Notes under the pieces: model-generated
Told to the model about the DNA's origin: nothing
Seen by the model: the letters and a program-made list of their open reading frames with translations, nothing else
Database searches by the model: none
In this document: in pieces, positions 48,720 to 60,432 of the stretch
How positions within the stretch are numbered: position 1 is the first letter of the stretch
Layout of the letters: every line of letters begins with the position of its first letter
Source of the DNA: Saccostrea echinata
Taxonomy: Eukaryota
NCBI RefSeq assembly: GCF_033153115.1
Contig: NW_026889758.1
Coordinates: 18,414,001-18,478,000, forward strand
DNA: 64,000 nucleotides
Direction: 5' to 3'
Translations under genes and position numbers: made by a program

Positions 48720-51700
48720 TTAGTTGCTGCTGTGGCGAAGCTTGATGTTTTTCTTTGATGTCGATGACTTCAATTTCTCTTGAGCCTTTCTCGATACAGT
48801 TTTTGATTGTCCAGCATATTTTTGAACATCATTCCTAAAATAAATATTTCAACTATAAAATGAAATATTCCTTGACAAATATTTTTTCTCAAATTATCAT
48901 TCATTGTTAAATGTACACGTATATTTAGAACAGTACTTGCCTGCTCATTCTAGTCTTGTCTCTGCATCCTTTTCCCCCTTCCCAGAATGCGGTGCGGACT
49001 TGAGTCATTGACTTCTTGCATGCCACACAGGCTTTATCCAGTGCAAAAGGCTGTTCTTTACAACAATGTCCACAAATCATTCTGGTGGCAAGCAGCATCT
49101 CGTGATCCCCTTCCTTCATCTCATGGCAGATGTCACATGGGTAACACTTACCACAGCAGGGAAACCTAAAAGAAGAACAGGTCCATGTTAGTAAGATTTA
49201 AGTTCTATTGTCCTCTATAGATGTTACAGGACTAATCATTGCTAAAAATAAAGGTATGTAATTCTGAAAATTAATCTACCTGAACCATCGATAACTTTTC
49301 TTGTAATGTTTACATGTCCCATCATCAGGCAGAGGGCGACCTAATTGGATCTCCGGTTCTTTCAAATTTTTCTTTGGTTTTAAGACTGGTACTTTATGCA
49401 AACTCTTCTCATCTGAAAATGTAATCCAAACATTTCGATGGAGAATACACAAATAAGCCTCTAAAACACAGTTAAACTTAGGTATCGAAAACATAGGCGT
49501 GCTGAAGTGAGTTGAAAGTTCCAACCACTTTTTCTTTATGTATTCTAACCTCAACATCTCAAATCCTCAAAAACATGTATATTGAATTTTTTTCTCAGCT
49601 ACATCTAGTTCAAGATAATGAGGTTTGACTGTATCTACAGTCAGCTAATCAGCAAGCTGTAAAGTGATACCTGTTTCTGGCTCTGAAGGAAGAAGCTGGG
49701 CAAACTTGACAGACTCTGCTGACACTTTCATTTTTCCATGACATGTAGAGCACCACGTCTCTGTAACTTGTCCAAAAGCCATACTCTATTTCATGAAAAA
49801 TTAAGTTGGCATAAACACAAACAGGATATTGAAGACAGAACTAAAAGATCTTCTTTTATTTTTTCTTTTGCCTTCAATAAATTTACAAATTTATCTACAG
49901 TTAACATTTTTTTCTATAAAATATACCTTGGCTTTCATTTCTTTGTTGCAGCTGAAGCATCCTAGCTTAAACATACAGTCCTGAAGAATGACATCAAATG
50001 GAAGACAGCCATCTAAATCCAGATAGCCAACTACAGACGAGAACTGATGCATGATTGCTGAACGGAAGGTCAAAACCTGAGGGTAGCTGCATTTTAAACA
50101 AGTCACCAGGTTAGGCCTCCCTGAGGGTGTGCTGACATCCATCTTGTTTTTGCAGCGTGCACATTGAATGATGATTTTCAGACTACAGCAGGTAAGTGTA
50201 GAGGCATTGTCTTTCAGTGTCAGATTCCTCAGCTTTATTTCTGTGCCCCGTCTTTCATCTTTTTCTGGTTTGTTTTCAGTTATGGCAGACTCAATCAAAT
50301 CATCATCCTCATCTGATGAAGATTCATCATCTTGCTGTGGACCTGCAAGACATTTCGAAATTACAATGGTTAATCATCAATGGGCAAAGTATATAAAGGG
50401 GCATTACTCAATGAAAATCTTGTCTCATCAAGACTGAATGAATTATTCCTGTACATAAAACACTTCACACTTACCTGTATAAACTAGGTCATCATCTGTC
50501 TTTCTGTAGGCAACTCCTTGAAACATATTGCTTTCATCCTCACCCTCCTCTTCCTCCTCCTCCTCATTCCCCTCCTCATCATCATCACTTACTGCTGCTT
50601 TTACTTTTTCTTGTAGTTTGGATGCTGGAATAAACTGTAGTCCTGCTGCTTTGGCTTCCAGCTCCTTCTTTAACTGAAATTATTTTTAAGAAATCGTCAC
50701 TCCTTTAAAACCTAGATTTTATTACTTCCATCTTTAAAAAATATTTTTACACCATACAGATCACAAAAATACATCTTTTTATAAAAGGAGGACTTCTACA
50801 GAAATTTGAAGTTATATGAGAGTATATATTAATTGCATACATTTTTAAGATTACTAACCTGTTTTAGAGCACCTGTAACAATAGATTCCAGACTCCTGTC
50901 CAGCCATTTCAGAAAAGGTCGAAACTCCAGTCTAACAATTCCGGCACTTATCAACTCTGCCTGTTTCGTATTTACCCAGTCTTCTAGAGATGCTTCTATG
51001 TACCTAAATAAAATAGTTTACAAACATTACTGTTTACATTCCAATTCCACATAAGTCTTAAAGCATGGATTAAAATTGTAAATATTGTATATGAAAACAA
51101 GAATACTTTGTACTGTCAGTATATATTACCATCAAATTACACAATGTTGAAATTTACCTTCGTACTGTCTCTGGTAAATTCTGTTCATCAGGTAGTCTAA
51201 CAACAAACATCTACAAAAACAAGAGTATTGTTTTCCAGCAAAAGTTTCAAAAGCACATCTTATTCATCATTGTGCTTATTGCAATACCATAAAGGTCTGA
51301 AACTATAAATGTAAGTTACCTCCAGTGGGTATTCCTGTGGTATCATGACTTGCAAATTGAATACTTCCACATCATATGGCTAAAAAAAAAAATAGACATT
51401 TCAAAATTACATAAGAACATGTTTGAAAAGCTTATGTGTAGGAAAATCTTATTCAGTAAGCAACCTCAGTTTCACAGAATTTTAATTATAAATGCACTTA
51501 TTAAAATCTTACCCAGTCTGGGTCACTAGATGAAAAGTCAAACTGGATACAGAAGTTGTCTTTGCTGTCAGTAATGACTTCTAAATTAGATGATGCAAGC
51601 CTCTTTTTCAGTTGTTCAATTTCTGTCAATCGGAGTTGTTCAACCTCTTTTTTAGTTAAACTATCTCTCTTAAATTCCTTCACTGGCTGGACTGGTCTGG

Positions 51701-52367
51701 GTACCACTTTTCTCTGGCCAGATCCTGGTGTAACCTTTTTTGGTTCCTTTCTGTCATTGGTGTGGCCTGCTAATACTCCTTTATTATAACCATCTTCTTC
51801 TTTCTTTGCTTGTTTCCCATCCTCTGCTATTATGGCATCCGAAATATCTCCTTCACCAACTTCATCTGAATGATAAAATCTGCAATCAGCTCCCTTCTGG
51901 CAATGACCTGCCAGATAGTAGTGACAGGTTCTCTTTCTTCCTTGGATCTGCTGATTTTCATTTCTCTTACTAGAATCATTCTCATGTTTTCTCTCCGATT
52001 TCAAACTTCTGTCAGATTTTTGTACCTTAAAATGTGTTTTCTTTGGCAATGCATGAAGAAAACGACACTTATTCCCATATCTGCAATTTCCATGTTTTTC
52101 AAAACTGAAACAGAGTTTTTGTGTTGTGTCTTTTTCCTTGTTTACCGTCTCATGATTCTGATTTCTTAAAGACAGCTGAGAAACAGTAGTAGAAAGAGGG
52201 TCGGCTTCTAAATGCTCGTTTACTGGCGTTCCATTTTCTTGATAATCTGGTATTGATGGACTAGAAATACTTGTTGAAGGAGAATGCAAAAATTTACAGT
52301 TCTCTTTGAATTTACAACCACTTTTTGTGTTAAAATACTGGCAAATTGGTTTTGATCTATTTAGCAT
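48720..52367 (-). CDS. Uncharacterised 3xCCCH zinc finger / RWD-like / CHY zinc finger protein (S. pombe C18H10.09-like), ~771 aa, 10 coding exons
   Basis: Exons 52367-51513, 51379-51320, 51210-51158, 51003-50859, 50673-50475, 50342-49927, 49785-49671, 49412-49280, 49165-48941 (GC donor), 48834-48720 total 2316 nt in frame. Three C-x7/8-C-x5-C-x3-H fingers; SDPDWPYD...IPQEYP; four CxxC pairs; GTCKHYKKSYRWFRFPCCGKCYPCDICH; FWEGGKGCRD. Confidence 0.9.
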
Positions 52368-52711
52368 ACTACGATAACCGACCTCAGATGAAGAGTTTTG
52401 CCCGTAGAACAGGTTTGTTGTAAATTCCTTACCACAAATCGAGATTACTTCCAACAGTGTAATGGAAAGCGATGAGTTTTTACTGTAACCTCCGCCGAAC
52501 ACAGTTGATACAAGCCTATCAAGTTTTGAAGCGACGTGTGCAAGCTCGACAGGTGAGCTTACACTCAGTGATGAAAGAAAACTTAGTTTTAGGAAGGTTG
52601 GTCTGGTACGATGAACGCCCAAAGGGCTGTGGTTTTGCTTCTAAATATGTCGTCCTATATATACTGTTTTCAGAAAGCTGAATTAGGTCATAAAATTGCA
52701 CAATGTATTGG

Positions 52712-52719
52712 CCGGAAGT
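52712..52719 (+). promoter_or_regulatory. ETS/GABP-type motif CCGGAAGT in the likely promoter or leader of the CHY-finger gene
   Basis: Exact motif in a CpG-enriched region about 350 nt upstream of the ATG. Confidence 0.4.
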
Positions 52720-52882
52720 GGTGAAACTTTGATAACGAAGTTGGCAGGCGGTAAATCTAGTACTGAAGAAGCCCGACTGTCCTGCATTGTGGATTTTCCT
52801 CCGCAACATTGATATTGGACACATTTGCAATGTTAGAATATAGATCTACATACACCAATATATACATATCAACAATGTTGTA

Positions 52883-53600
52883 CAGAATAGAATAGAATAT
52901 TTATTTAACCAATTTGGGCCTGCAGTGGAGAATAAAGATGAACAATGTCCGAAATCATAGTTATAAATAACAAACAATTGTATACTGAACAGAGAGTTAG
53001 CTGTCAACTTTTAGGATGCATAAAATGTATACAAATAGTATATGTACAATTGACTGTAATGCCTATATTGTACTATATTGTTTTCTCATATTGAAATTTG
53101 CATTTAAACGTTGGCATAATAAAACAACAAACTCAGAATCTTCATTTGACATAATCCATGTAAACAGGTCAATATTATTAAGCAGTATTAAAATTTTAAA
53201 GATTTTATTTAAAAACTCTCCTCTGCAATCATTATACAGTGGACATTCTAGCAAAAAAGGTATCTCATTCTCAGTTGGACTTGAGGTACAATAGATCTAA
53301 TGACTGACTCTTAAATTACACCTATGAAGAATTCCATTTTTACCACATTTATTAAGTTTCCTTTCATATTTGCCCGTTTCTACCCTTAAGCAATGATTAC
53401 TAATTCTGAATTTTGTGAGAATTATAATATTCGATTGTCCCGGGTTTTTTTTTTTTTATATTTAAGTATTTTTCAAAATTGAATGACCTTTTTATACTTA
53501 AAATATGTACTTAATTTACCAAATCCTTCTAAATATCTTTCCAAAATCTTTTAAAAATATTATGTAATTCCTTTTTAATGTACAATTAAAAAAATTGTTT
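52883..53600 (-). mobile_element. Decayed 3' end of a non-LTR retrotransposon (RTE-X-like C-terminus)
   Basis: Minus strand encodes LTKFRISNHCLRVETGKY...ENEIPFLLECPLYNDCR with an internal stop, ending in aataaa plus a (ttcta)n tail at about 52883-52905. Confidence 0.7.
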
Positions 53601-53805
53601 TCACTTAATTTTTGCAAAGGGGCAATATGTAGTTTTATATAATACAATAAACTAGACTTGTCACCTACACAAAAGCGGTAAACACTGGTAAAGCTAGTAC
53701 TGCAGAAATTGATATAGTAAAAAACAATTTTAAAAAACTGTCGTTTTCCCTTTCGTTTGTTTTTAATAGTGCATGGAAATTAAAAATTATGTCAGTTAAA
53801 TAATA

Positions 53806-54006
53806 CAGGCCCGTAGCAACAGATTCAAAAGGGGGGGGGGGGGCAAAAAAGAAGAAGAAGAAAAACCTAATTAATTATCTCACCTTAGAGCAACAAAAAT
53901 GTGGGTGGGGGGTTGGATGGGGGCAACCAGAATCTATGGGAAAATTTACTATAGCAAAATACTATACTCAGTAAAAAGCCCCCCCCCCCCGCGTTCTACG
54001 GGCCTG
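53806..54006. mobile_element. Short TIR MITE (CAGGCCCGTAG ends); second copy at ~61573-61794
   Basis: caggcccgtag / ctacgggcctg TIRs and shared interior aaaatttac.atagcaaaa.tactatactcag. Confidence 0.7.
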
Positions 54007-55613
54007 TAATATACCTTGGTCTTAAAACGGCGGACTATTTTTGATGTATGGGATTGGGTGAAAATCATGAAAAATAGAGAACATTTTAACAAAAACAAAA
54101 ATGCAATTACACCCGTAAACATTATTCATGTGTAAATAATTTTATATCCAAAAATGTGACAAAATAAGACCTAAACCAGAACAAAATAAAATAAAAATCT
54201 CGAGATGCTTTGGCCGTATCTACATATGATTTGATTTGAAATGTATATTCATCGTCGAATAGCCAAGGGTCTCGTCTTTTACTCATCACCTGAGTGTCGA
54301 GATCTTCCGTGAGTACTAGTACATGTATTCGAGGATGACACAGATTTTGCCCATATTTCTCGATTTTTTTCCATATCCCATATCCATCCTTGTGGCTGGC
54401 CGGCATACGCGGATCTAGAGAGAGAGAGGGGGGGGGGGGAGGGGGTTCGGGGGTCCGCAACTGACGTGTGGATAGTGAGATCCCCCCCCCCCCCCCACAA
54501 AAAAAATCATAATAAGCTTTAAAAAATATCGACTGGCAATTTTTTTTATGCTTACTAAAATAAAAACTGACTACATGTGCAGACCGATTGACGGCGAAAT
54601 CATACATTTTGAAGAATTAGGTTTCTAAATTTATTTCATATAATCATGCTATCCACAGGTTACGTTGCATTAATTGTGATTAAATTACTTTTTAAATAGA
54701 TTTCAGTAAACTGGTAAAAGGGTTATAGAGTTGTAAATACGTCATGTATCAGTGAAGTTTGAAATAAAATTTTATTTTCAGAAAATGTTCCGAATATTCT
54801 ACTATCGTTCGAATAATACAATCGAATAATCGATTAAAGAAAATAAATATTTTGATATCCCTATTTATCCACTAACCCTTCTTTAAGTACTCTCACCCCC
54901 CCCCCCCCTTCTCAACGCATTAGCAACGTAGAATATTTCTCTAAACTTCCAACCAGACCGTTTGGCACAACATTTTAGGGTTTTGTAGTCAAGTCTGGAA
55001 ATTTTGATTGTCATTGTTCCATGTACCTAAAAATTATAACCTTTCACCAAAGGTACTTGTGGATATCTCCTCCCTCCCCATCCCTTTATATTCAACCCAT
55101 GGGCTTTAAGGACTTTATTTTCTTCTCTCTTATTATACGTATGGTCGAGAATTTTTATGGGGGGTGGGGTGGGGGGTCCAGATTCTCCTATTGTATACAT
55201 AAATGAAAAGAATAAATAATAATTTATCAAAAAAGTCCAATCCAAGGGGTTGTATATTCTGTGGGTGGGTGGGCTTTTACTATTCATAAGTACCTGTGAT
55301 TTTCAGTTGCAATGAAAATTTTTAAACAGATGAGCGGAAAAAATAAAATAAACCATCTACTGGGATTTTTTTCCCTTCAGATTTTATTAATAGCATTCAT
55401 TTCACCTAAATCCATTATTTAGCTGCCATGCATTCTTTGAATTAACTTATTAATACATGTAATGCATTCTTTTGCTAAATCTTACATCCTTTACTTGTAT
55501 TTTACTTTTTAAATAAAAGCACAATAAATAAATTCAGGTTCCAGTTTTATCAGCAAAACACAATGTAGACTGATAAACATAAACAAGCATGAAAAAAATA
55601 ATCAAAAGTAATA

Positions 55614-56741
55614 TCAGTGTTCAGATTTTTTGTGTTTGTGCTTGTGTTTATGCTTGTGTTTATGTTTATCTCTGCTATGCTCTCTGCTTCTATGCTCTCG
55701 GCTTCTGCTTCTATGCTCTCTGCTTCTATGCTCTCGGCTTCTGCTTCTATGCTCTCGGCTTCTGCTTCTGTTTCTTTCCCTGTCCTTATCATGCTTCATG
55801 TCCCTTTCTCTGTGTCTACTTTTTTCACGACTTCTGCTCCTGTGTTTATTTCTGTGATAAGATGTATCAAGTCTTCTTCTTCTGTCTTCGTCTTTTTGTT
55901 GGACATCAGCATTTTGTTTTCCATCAATCTTTTCTGTAACTGTTACAGTGTCCTCAAAGTCCTTTGTATGCTCTGTCAATGTGTGTCTTTCCGTGACTTG
56001 TTGGTCACATTGCTGATCTTGTTTTAATATCTCTGTGAGATATTCTGTTTGATTTTCAATCACTTCCTTGATGATCTAAATAATAAAAATACATGCAAAG
56101 AAATTTTCATCAAAACAGCATATATGTAAAAGAACAGCTTAATAGCCAACTCATGGAGATGTCACATGATTGTAATATTTAAAGGATAGTTAAAAAAAAC
56201 CCCATACTTCTATGCAACAACTACTCTAACACAAATGAGTCTGGAGATTACAGGTACCTCTGTATAAGATTTCCTCGTGATGTGTACATTTTTTGCTCTG
56301 TATGACTGCCTCCTTCTCTTGTAGTCTCTCATAGCCTTCAGATACTCTGTATAACTTGTAGGCTTACTATTCTGTCCCTCTGCAAAACATTTAGAATATT
56401 TAGTTAATGGTGACAGACACATCACCATGTATCTTTTCTCAAAAAATCTTAAATAAAACCTTACTTTACTGAAAGATGCATCATATATCAAACTTGATGT
56501 ACTTGACATCTCAACAGATTTTTTTCTATTACCTAAAGCTTTCTTTTTAACAATTTCTTGAAAATCTGCTGTCAGCAGAGTATCTGTTTCCAGTCCTTGA
56601 ATATTTCTTTGCTCTTTGGCTCTGTTTATTATATAGCTATGAAGGGCACCACGTTCACTTGGGGTAAGCAAAATGGTTTCCTCCTCAGTTGTCAAAGGGA
56701 CTTCACTCTTGCCATAAAAAACTGCACATGAAATACAAATA

Positions 56742-56812
<71 letters not shown>

Positions 56813-57931
56813 TTAGATGGTACTGTTGTACCATGAGTATTTACTTATTTATTTATTATATTTATTTTTTTTTTTTTTTGATAAACAATAATTGAAAACC
56901 AAGGTATGGTCAGCCTGTTCATGTGATAAATCCTTACAGAAAATAATGTGTATATTACCAGTACTGTGATAATAACCTTGTTCTGTTCTTGTAAAGTAAT
57001 TACAAAAAGATCACCATCAAAAATAGAATACACTTCTTTCTTACTTGAGTGGTTTGTCACATGATGCTCCCACAGCACTTTGTTTAACGTCTCCTTGTCT
57101 ACAATTCATTGTTGTTTTTTTTTTATAAGTTATCGCAACTAAAGAAGAGAGGATTTATTGGAGGATTGGCATGGAAACCAAACATTTCTAATGTTGAACA
57201 AATGCTAGATGATAAACTGATGCATACCAATAGGAACATTGCAGACACTGTTTATATTCCTGTAGAAAAACTGTGATGTTTTCTTTGATTCATCCTACAA
57301 AATATTTTACACACTGTAAAAAAATTAGTAATGTCAAATCAAAAACATCATCACATATAATACATAAATTCTTTTGATTTTCATCTGTATTAAGCAACTT
57401 AGTCTATTTTTTAAAATGATTTTTTCTCTTTTTCTCTTACTTTAATACTTAATGGTTTAACTTACAAGATTGTCATTCATATCAGTGACCTGGTCTCAAA
57501 TATATTATTTACTCAAATAATAAAGATTTTTTTTACATATACTTATCACTTCCAGGTTTAACAAGAGTATACACATATTACCAGAGCCTCTGTTTTTGGG
57601 ACCCCTCTAGAGGTAAATCTACATATCGGCTCGTGTTTCTTCAGTTCCTCTTTACTCATTATATGCCCTGGGTCATAGCAGCAAACTCCCATCTCCTTTT
57701 GCTTGATTAAAATATTAAATAATGATAATTAAAGTATGGGCAAATGAATATATTGACTTTTCAAACTGGTTTAAAAAAAAGCTGGATAAGAATTATATTT
57801 AGTACCTGTATAAAATGGGAAGGTGACCAGTCCATTTGTTGCAGGATATTACTGAATGTGTTCTGGCAAGTCTGCAAGAATGTCTTAGTCTCCTCTATAA
57901 ACTCTTGTCTTTTCCTTTCCTTCTCCCCCAT
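55614..57931 (-). CDS. SNRNP48: U11/U12 small nuclear ribonucleoprotein 48 kDa protein, ~379 aa, 7 coding exons
   Basis: Exons 57931-57806, 57701-57582, 57294-57228, 57098-57045, 56721-56533, 56379-56258, 56075-55614 total 1140 nt in frame. CHHC zinc finger CCYDPGH-x9-H-x3-C and the signature RDYKRRRQSYRAKNVHITRKSYTE. Confidence 0.95.
56745..56810. repeat. (AT)n microsatellite in SNRNP48 intron 4
   Basis: About 33 perfect AT units close to the acceptor. Confidence 0.98.
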
Positions 57932-59570
57932 ATCAGATCTACAAATTAAAGATTAACAATACAAAAAAGGATTGCATAAACACAATGGTGACAGGAAAGA
58001 ATTTATTTATTTCTAATTCAAAGCCATGAGTAATTTCCCATGTGGTTAGATGCAAATGCTATACTATTACTTAGAAAACACTGATGCAAGATACCAAGTC
58101 TAACAAACTAAAAGAAATCACAATCAGCAGAAATGAAAGACTAACAAACCACTTTAGTTATTTTTAGAAACAGTGTTTTGTTAGAGTTTCATTAAATGCT
58201 ATACTATCAAACTACTTTAACAAATAATGAAAGAATATTTTGTTGGTAGTTTGTTGATGTTTTATGAGTAGTTTGTTAAAAAATATTTTCGTTTGAGAAA
58301 CATCAAGCTTCACAAATGTTAAAATACCTTCAGGTGCCCCTTGGATCTCCTAATTTTAAATAAGAGATCAATTTAAACTTTTGGCCCAGATTTTACATAC
58401 GAAAAACATACACTATAAATAAAAGCAACAAATATGGAACAAGTTGTTTTTGTCCATTTTTGATACTAAATCTTGCATTGTAAGTTTTCAATGAGCAAAT
58501 AGTAGGTGGAATAGTGGTTTTTGTACAGTCTAATTCAATAAATACTTTAACATACAAGAAGCCAAAACCTATTTACCGTAAAACATTCCAACGAGGATTT
58601 AACTGCTTACAATCAAAAATGAGTATTTCAAAAGTTCGAATTTCCTCCAGTGTTTCATGCTTGCCGAGGGGGGTGAATTTAGTAATATTGATTACCTTGT
58701 ATAATTATCTAATGTAACTTTCGTTGTTCACACAACCGGTGAAAATTCAATCGGATTCTTAAACTCTCTGTCTCAGTACTTAGACTCCAAACTGAACACA
58801 ATTATAATGTGAGAGCTTTGTGACATGACACAGATCAGACAGTCAGACACTTCCCGTCTTCCCTTCATAATTTACATCGGGTTTGGACAATTCATTATAA
58901 AATTCAGACCAACAAAGTCCTATTCCGAAATTAAAATTTGATTACCATGATTACAATAATAAAAAAAAATGTTTATCAAATATATAATTAAATCATTATT
59001 TGTTTTAATCATTATGATATATAGGAAATTATTTATAAAAAGACTCTTTACATTTTTATCATTTTATTTTTATTTTAAAATAAAAATTAAAATAAAAACG
59101 GTGCTACTGATCACTGCTGATTAACGTCACAATAAGGGAATGATTGACGTCACAATAAGGGAACAGAAACAATGAAATTTTTGAAGTCTTTCAGGATTTT
59201 TAGCTATTCGGCTTCTAAACTTGCGATAATGCCTGCTTTACTTCATCCTCTGTATGAATTTCTGAACTGGTAGGTACATGTCATGACGTATGTACAGTAC
59301 TTGTGGTCGTATGCACGAAGTAAATGTTAAAGGCAAATTTTATGTGTTGGAAACGGGCATGGAGAAAGCTGGGACTCAAAAGAACTTATGATCATCTCAA
59401 TGCTAGTTATCTCTATGAAATTTGAAACTCTTTAGATGCTTTATATTCATTTTAGAGTATAACATATTGACCTTTGTCCTGTAATTGAGAATCGTATCTT
59501 GAAAATTTTATAGATCTATCATTGTAGAGTGCACATATGTTTACAGCGTGGCTTATAATAGTCAATAGCT

Positions 59571-59653
59571 TATTCTCTTTAGAGAAGTTGACAGGCCATC
59601 GCCTACATCCAGTGGATGTAGGCGAAAGCCTGTCCAGTTCTCTAAAGAGAATA
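59571..59653. repeat. Near-perfect 83-bp palindrome
   Basis: tattctctttagagaa..gacaggc..tcgcctacatcca g tggatgtaggcga..gcctgtc..ttctctaaagagaata. Confidence 0.9.
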
Positions 59654-60432
59654 CCTATAGCTATGTCCTAGCTGCACAAAGCACTTTTTTGTCTTTCACT
59701 GTTATAATTAAATATCTTCAAATCATTATATACTTTCAGCAGTGAACCAGAAGTATCCCTTTGGGATGTTGTTTCACTAGCAGATTTTGCAGGTTGTGAT
59801 AGAGATACAAAGTGTTCAAACCCATTCGACATCAGGATCATCATTGTGAGTTTTATAAACATTTTTTACAATTTTTTTTAAAAAAGAGATATTTGCCAAG
59901 TATTCATAACATTTATTAAAAAAAATCTTTAAAAAAAAATAAATAAAGTTAAAAAAAATTAAAATCAGGAACGAATTCACCCGGGGGGGGGGGGGGGGCT
60001 GGGTTAAAATATTTCTTTACAATCAAGCAAAAATCGCCTGTTAAAACTGTTTTGCTACGCTACAAAGAAATTTAATTTGGTTCAAACGACATAACGTTTC
60101 AGTCTTCAATCTGCGTATACTTTTGTTGAAAAAATTGAGGAACATTCTTAAAAAGGGTATGCGGCATTTCCTTAGATATTTAATGCGCTACCGAAAAAAA
60201 ATCATTCTAAAAATTATTGTCGGGATTAATTTCCACAAAATGTTTAGCCAGGACAGAATACTTGAAAACTGTTAAAGAGTGAACAATGTTTTAATGGGGG
60301 GAAAAACGGAAGATCTTTTAATACTTTCCTCGCATTTGATTGAAAAAGCCCATGCAAATTCGACCATTTTTTTTTTTATTAGCATACTAATTCTGATTCA
60401 ACTTTATATTTTCTCGCGCGACTTACATTTTT

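Noticed and set aside
49661-49670. Donor gtatcacttt as a U12-type intron
   Set aside because: It deviates from GTATCCTT at core positions and no clear TCCTTAAC branch site was seen.
55550-56027. Several overlapping ORFs (AESIE, SASML and CLCL repeats)
   Set aside because: They are alternative-frame or antisense readings of the SNRNP48 repeat tail.
56076-57805. USSE (tandem U12-type 5' splice sites) expected in SNRNP48 introns
   Set aside because: No tandem RTATCCTT was found by eye. Only a single ctatccttt (~56181-56189) and a weak aatcctc pair (~57149-57168) are present, both lacking the RTA start.
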